Shown piece by piece: positions 47,795 to 51,744 of a stretch of 51,744 bases of DNA. The notes under the pieces were generated by a model that was not told the origin of the DNA, did no database searches, and worked only from the letters and a program-made list of their open reading frames with translations. A program made the translations under genes and the position numbers. This stretch comes from Vicugna vicugna (lineage: Eukaryota). The stretch covers positions 3,908,001 through 3,959,744 of the forward strand of contig MU058687.1 in NCBI GenBank assembly GCA_013265495.1. Direction: 5' to 3'. Each line of letters opens with the position of its first letter. Within the stretch, counting starts at the first letter, position 1.

Positions 47795-48257
47795 TGATTT
47801 TCCTTTCCTCCTTCTTGGTATTTGGTAATGATTTGCAAGATGAGGGGGAACCCGAGGATGGCTTGAATAGCCAAATGTCCAGGGTCTCTAGGAGTTCAAG
47901 TTCCCTTTAGCAAACGAACAATTCCAAGGCATCAGTGGGAGAGATGTCACAGAGTAGCGTATCATTAATGAACATTTGAATTATTACTGCTATAGGAGAC
48001 TAGAGAAAAGAAAAGTTACTTTGGGTTGGGGGGTCAGGGAAGACTATAGAAATTGCAAGATTTGAGCTGGGTTATGTTGATAACAGAGATAGAAGATGCC
48101 ATAACCAAAGGAGTAGTGTTATAAATGCTCAAAGTTTTCGGTGGGATAATGAAGTTTCCTACAGATAGTGCAGGAAAGTAGCCCCTTTGCTCTAGGAAAT
48201 CATTTTAAGAGGAAGTTGGAGATAATTTTGCCTGGAATGGTTTCCGCATGCTAGTTA

Positions 48258-48700
48258 ACTCATTCAGCCAACAGGTATTTATTGAGGACCTACTATATTC
48301 CAGGCACTGTTCTAGGCTCCCCAAATTCAAGCAATGAACAGGGCAGATTCTTTCCTTCATGCTGACTATATCCTAAGTGTGGAATAAACAAAAATAAGAA
48401 GGTAATACATATGGTAATACCAGATAGCCACAGTGCTATGGAAAATTAAAGCGAGGGAATGTGATAGAGTGTAATTTAGAGAGAGAAGACAGAGATGGCC
48501 ACTTGGAGTAGGTGATATTTAAAGTGAGATTTGAATGAGGAGTGGGAGCCATTCATGTGAAAGATCTGGGAGATGAGTATTCCTGGCAAGAAGAACAGCT
48601 AGTATTAAGGCTGTAAGGTGGGAATGAGCTTGGTAGGGTCAAGGAAAAGCACAGAGACCACTGAGGTTGGTGCCCAAAAGAAATGGGATGGGAGATCAGG
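48258..48700 (-). mobile_element. LINE-2 3' fragment
   Basis: ctcattcagccaacaggtatttattgaggacctactatattccaggcactgttctaggc...ggtgatatttaaagtgagatttgaatga...gagtattcctggcaagaagaacagc. Confidence 0.88.
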
Positions 48701-48711
48701 TTACGCTGTAC

Positions 48712-48850
48712 GCTGCTTGCTAGATACGCCCGGGTCCGGTCCTACTATCGGCCAACCGAATCTGAATCTCTGAGGTGAGGTCCAGGCCACAGTCCTTATT
48801 AGCCCCTCTCCAAGTGGTTCTAATGGGTAGCTAAGGTTGAGAAGCACTTC
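48712..48850. mobile_element. MER5-type hAT fragment
   Basis: aaccgaatctgaatctctgaggtgaggtccaggc...ctctccaagtggttctaatgggtagctaaggttgagaagcact. Confidence 0.6.
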
Positions 48851-49609
48851 ATTAGAGAGAAAAGTCAAAAGAAAGACTTTTTTTTTTAAAGCAGCAGAGG
48901 GTGCTACAGGGTGTGATGGAAAAGGAATGATGTGAAGAGAGTAATCCTGCAGGAGTATGCCAGGGCTGGAGGGATGGTTAGCCTTGACTTGGTGGCCACT
49001 GGGGTCAAGAGTGTACTGTTCCAAGAGTGAGGTCCCTGCGTTCTTTAGCTGGTCCCCCTTGCCAGTGTACTGAAATCATTTGTGCCAACTATGGAGGAGC
49101 CAGAAAGTTAAGGTTTGGCTTGTTTATTTTCTGCAAATCACGGAGATCCAGCTTTCAGAGCCAGGGAATAAGGCAGCTGACCCTGAGCTGGAAAGACTTC
49201 CCAGGTACCTGCTTCTGCTTGAGGAGGGGCCTGGTGAAAAGTTTACTTAATGACAGCCTATAACATAATTCTATGTGCCACATTTTTTTTCTATAAAAAT
49301 TAAATGTTGCCTTACATGTTTTGTATAAAAAAGTGAGAGATTTCACTTATAGGAGGGTATTACTGGACACAGATCCTATGGAGGAAAAAGGCCAGGCTTC
49401 AGGCACAGATGGGTTGTGAGGCAGATGGAGAGCTGCCACCAAGGCTGAGAGAAGATGAGATTCATACAAGATAGAGTTCAAAAGAGGAGGCTCTTGAGCT
49501 TAGAGAAAATTTGAGGGGGATAAAAAAAAATGATGTGTAATTAGAAGGAATAGAGTAGGAAAAGATACAGAATATAGAGAGATTAAAGTCCTAATCAAGA
49601 ACATCAAGT

Positions 49610-49810
49610 GAGGCAGCATAGTCAAGAACTAGGGCTGTAACATCCACATGGGATGACTTGCTTAAACTCTTTAAACCTTATTTTTCTCACTTGTAAAATG
49701 GGAATAAGAGTACCTGAGTCATCAGTTGCTATGAGGATTCACAAGAAATTGCATGTAAAAGGCTTGGCATGGTGCCCGCACTTAGTAAGGGCCCACTTGC
49801 CTGGTAGCTG
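49610..49810 (+). mobile_element. MIR SINE
   Basis: tgacttgcttaaactctttaaaccttatttttctcacttgtaaaatgggaataagagtacctg...gttgctatgaggattc...gcatgtaaaaggcttggcatggtgcc. Confidence 0.8.
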
Positions 49811-50589
49811 TCGATGTAGTGTTCATCACTACCATCAAACTTATCATTCATTTAGCTTTAACCAAACTGTCATTGAGATTACCATTTAGTTTTTATCACT
49901 GAGTTAAAAACGCCACAGAGTCAAAGCTACAGTGGCCAGGTATTCAAAGAGAATCAGAATTTGACTAAATTCACAGTCAAGTTACATTTATGTGGTGTCT
50001 ACCATGTGCCAGTTACTTGCTTCCCTTAGCAAACTTTATCCCTTTTACTTCTGTGAAACAGAGGAGAAGGAATGGGGCTGGGCAGAGCTGCAGAGGAGAG
50101 ACTGGCTATGAAGGCTATAAATGACAAACGTTGGGCATGGTGACCTCTGAGAACAGTTCTAAGTCATCCATGGCTTAGATTGCTAATCTGGGAGTAGCTA
50201 TAATGTTAGCTGCCAATCTTGGAGCCTAGGAAGTCTGAGATGGTTTTTAAAGATAATGACACTGATAAATAGTGATGAGTTGTAGGAGGCTTTCAGCCTT
50301 CCCCTTGCGTGTCAGTGGGAAGCACCAAGGCCACCTTCTACAGTTGCGGTGTAGACCTCTGCATTGTGTCCCTGGAGAGAGAGTTGATCCGAGCTAGTGT
50401 AGAAGATCCGGGGAGAACCTGGGTAAAAAGTGACAGTGAAAACCAAAGCAGCAGCTAAGTTCTCTGGGTGGGTAAAGTACAATATTGGAGAGAATTGAGT
50501 TGAAATTTAAGAAATAACTACAATCAGTGGAGCATGAAAAGAAGAGTTAGCAAAGGAAAACGCAAAAAACTCGTCATTAATGTTACATA

Positions 50590-50720
50590 TAGTAACACTG
50601 AAGTGGGAGTTAGGAGACCTGTGTGCTAGACTGTGTTACATGCAAGAAACTGGAATTACCTCGGCCTCAGTTTCTTCAGTCTGAAAAAGAAGGGCATTGG
50701 CTTAGGTGATGGCTAATCCA
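50590..50720 (+). mobile_element. MIR/MIR3 fragment
   Basis: gggagttaggagacctg...ggcctcagtttcttcagtctgaaaaagaagggcattggcttaggtgat. Confidence 0.65.
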
Positions 50721-50732
50721 CCTTTTTGTTTA

Positions 50733-50890
50733 TTTGTTAATTTTTTTCATGGGGGAAGGTAACTAGGTATTTATTTATTTGTTATTTGTTTATTATTATT
50801 ATTTTTAATGGAAGTACTGGGGATTGAACCTAGGACTTCGTGTATGCTAAGGACGTACTCTACCAGTGAGCTATATCCTGCTCCCTCCCC
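50733..50890 (-). mobile_element. tRNA-derived SINE of camelid vic-1-like architecture
   Basis: Minus strand reads GGGGAGGGAGCAGGATATAGCTCACTGGTAGAGTACGTCCTTAGCATACACGAAGTCCTAGGTTCAATCCCCAGTACTTCC, with Pol III A box TAGCTCACTGG and B box GGTTCAATCC, then (TAAA)-rich tract, CCTAGTTACCTTCCCCC and an A-rich tail. TSD cctttttgttta (50721-50732) / cctttgtgttta (50893-50904). Confidence 0.88.
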
Positions 50891-51528
50891 AGCCTTTGTG
50901 TTTAGAATACTGTTATTCTGTGGAGTACAGAGAGGCTTGTGGTCTGGGCTCAGTGGTATCAAGCTTAAGGCAATAAGTGAGAAAGTATTTTACCTTCCTC
51001 GGTTTTCAGGCCATGTCCAGCTTTGTTTTATTTGAAGGTAATTTAGGGTTTCTTTTTCATGGGGTGAATGAAAATAGACATTGGAGAAATGTTTAAAGCA
51101 ATGTGTGTTCACTGGGTTGCAGCCAAAGGCTTCATGAATAGAAGTGAAAAGGGTTATTAGGCTACTTAATGTGTTGATTTAAGTAATACTGGGTTATGAG
51201 TGATGGTGCCCAGGCTCCTACTAGGGCATCACATCAGTCGTTCTGTCCTACGTCTGCCTTTGCCTGGTGCACGTGGGTGACCTGAATTCCGTTAGAGAGA
51301 GCTGTCTGCTGAGCCACTCTCACTGTTGTCAGAGCACAGGCAGAGAGATGGATTTTCGAGCATACCTGTTTTCCCTGTCATTGTAATAGTCACAGAAACA
51401 GACTCCCTATGCTCATTATCAAAAACCGCCTATGTTATCCGTTCACATTTTATTCACCTCTTTCTCTCCTCTGCATTAGTCAAGTTCAGAAATTAAACTG
51501 TCAACTGCCAAATAGGCTGTTCTTCTTC

Positions 51529-51744
51529 TTTTTTTTTTTTACATTTTTATTGATTCATAATCATTTTACAGTGTTGTGTCAAATTCCAGTGTTCAGTACA
51601 ATTTTTCAGTCATACATGGACATATACACACTCATTGTCACATTTTTTTCTCTGTGATTTATCATAACATTTTGTGTATATTTCCCTGTGCTATACAGTG
51701 TAATCTTGTTTATCTGTTCTACAATTTTGAAATCCCAGTCTATC
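51529..51744 (-). mobile_element. Very young LINE-1 3' end running off the window edge
   Basis: Poly-T plus 3'UTR; 51541-51696 is identical to 36245-36400. Confidence 0.95.

Noticed and set aside
50808..50885. tRNA gene
   Set aside because: It has A/B boxes but is followed by a SINE body, A-rich tail and TSD; it is a SINE head.
1..51744. A novel multi-gene biological system (operon, defence system, CRISPR, intact ERV or transposase)
   Set aside because: The DNA is mammalian and non-coding, with no long or domain-bearing ORF, no repeat-spacer array and no paired LTRs with internal coding sequence.

Overview
This is repeat-rich, CpG-depleted mammalian non-coding DNA. It is very probably camelid (camel, alpaca or llama), judged by a tRNA-derived SINE of vic-1-like architecture at ~50.73-50.89 kb. 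I can support no protein-coding exon, RNA gene or prokaryotic-type system, and I cannot name the host gene. The ORFs in the track are chance ORFs, gap read-throughs or L1/MaLR remnants. The window holds old eutherian repeats (L2, MIR, MLT1 LTRs, MER5/MER94-type hAT elements, L1ME), six 5'-truncated younger L1 3' ends, one SINE, several microsatellites and a 355-N assembly gap. Points worth a second look are: (1) a 1522-bp head-to-tail tandem duplication with a blunt junction and only three G/A differences; (2) a probable short L1 3' transduction; (3) two L1 copies identical over 156 bp, implying a very young subfamily; (4) two pairs of independent L1 copies truncated at almost the same point; (5) a strong minus-strand bias of L1, L2 and LTR elements, suggesting a large intron of a plus-strand gene; (6) several CpG-retaining, motif-dense candidate cis-regulatory elements. 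Repeat family names come from my recollection of consensus sequences, and boundaries of old repeats are approximate.
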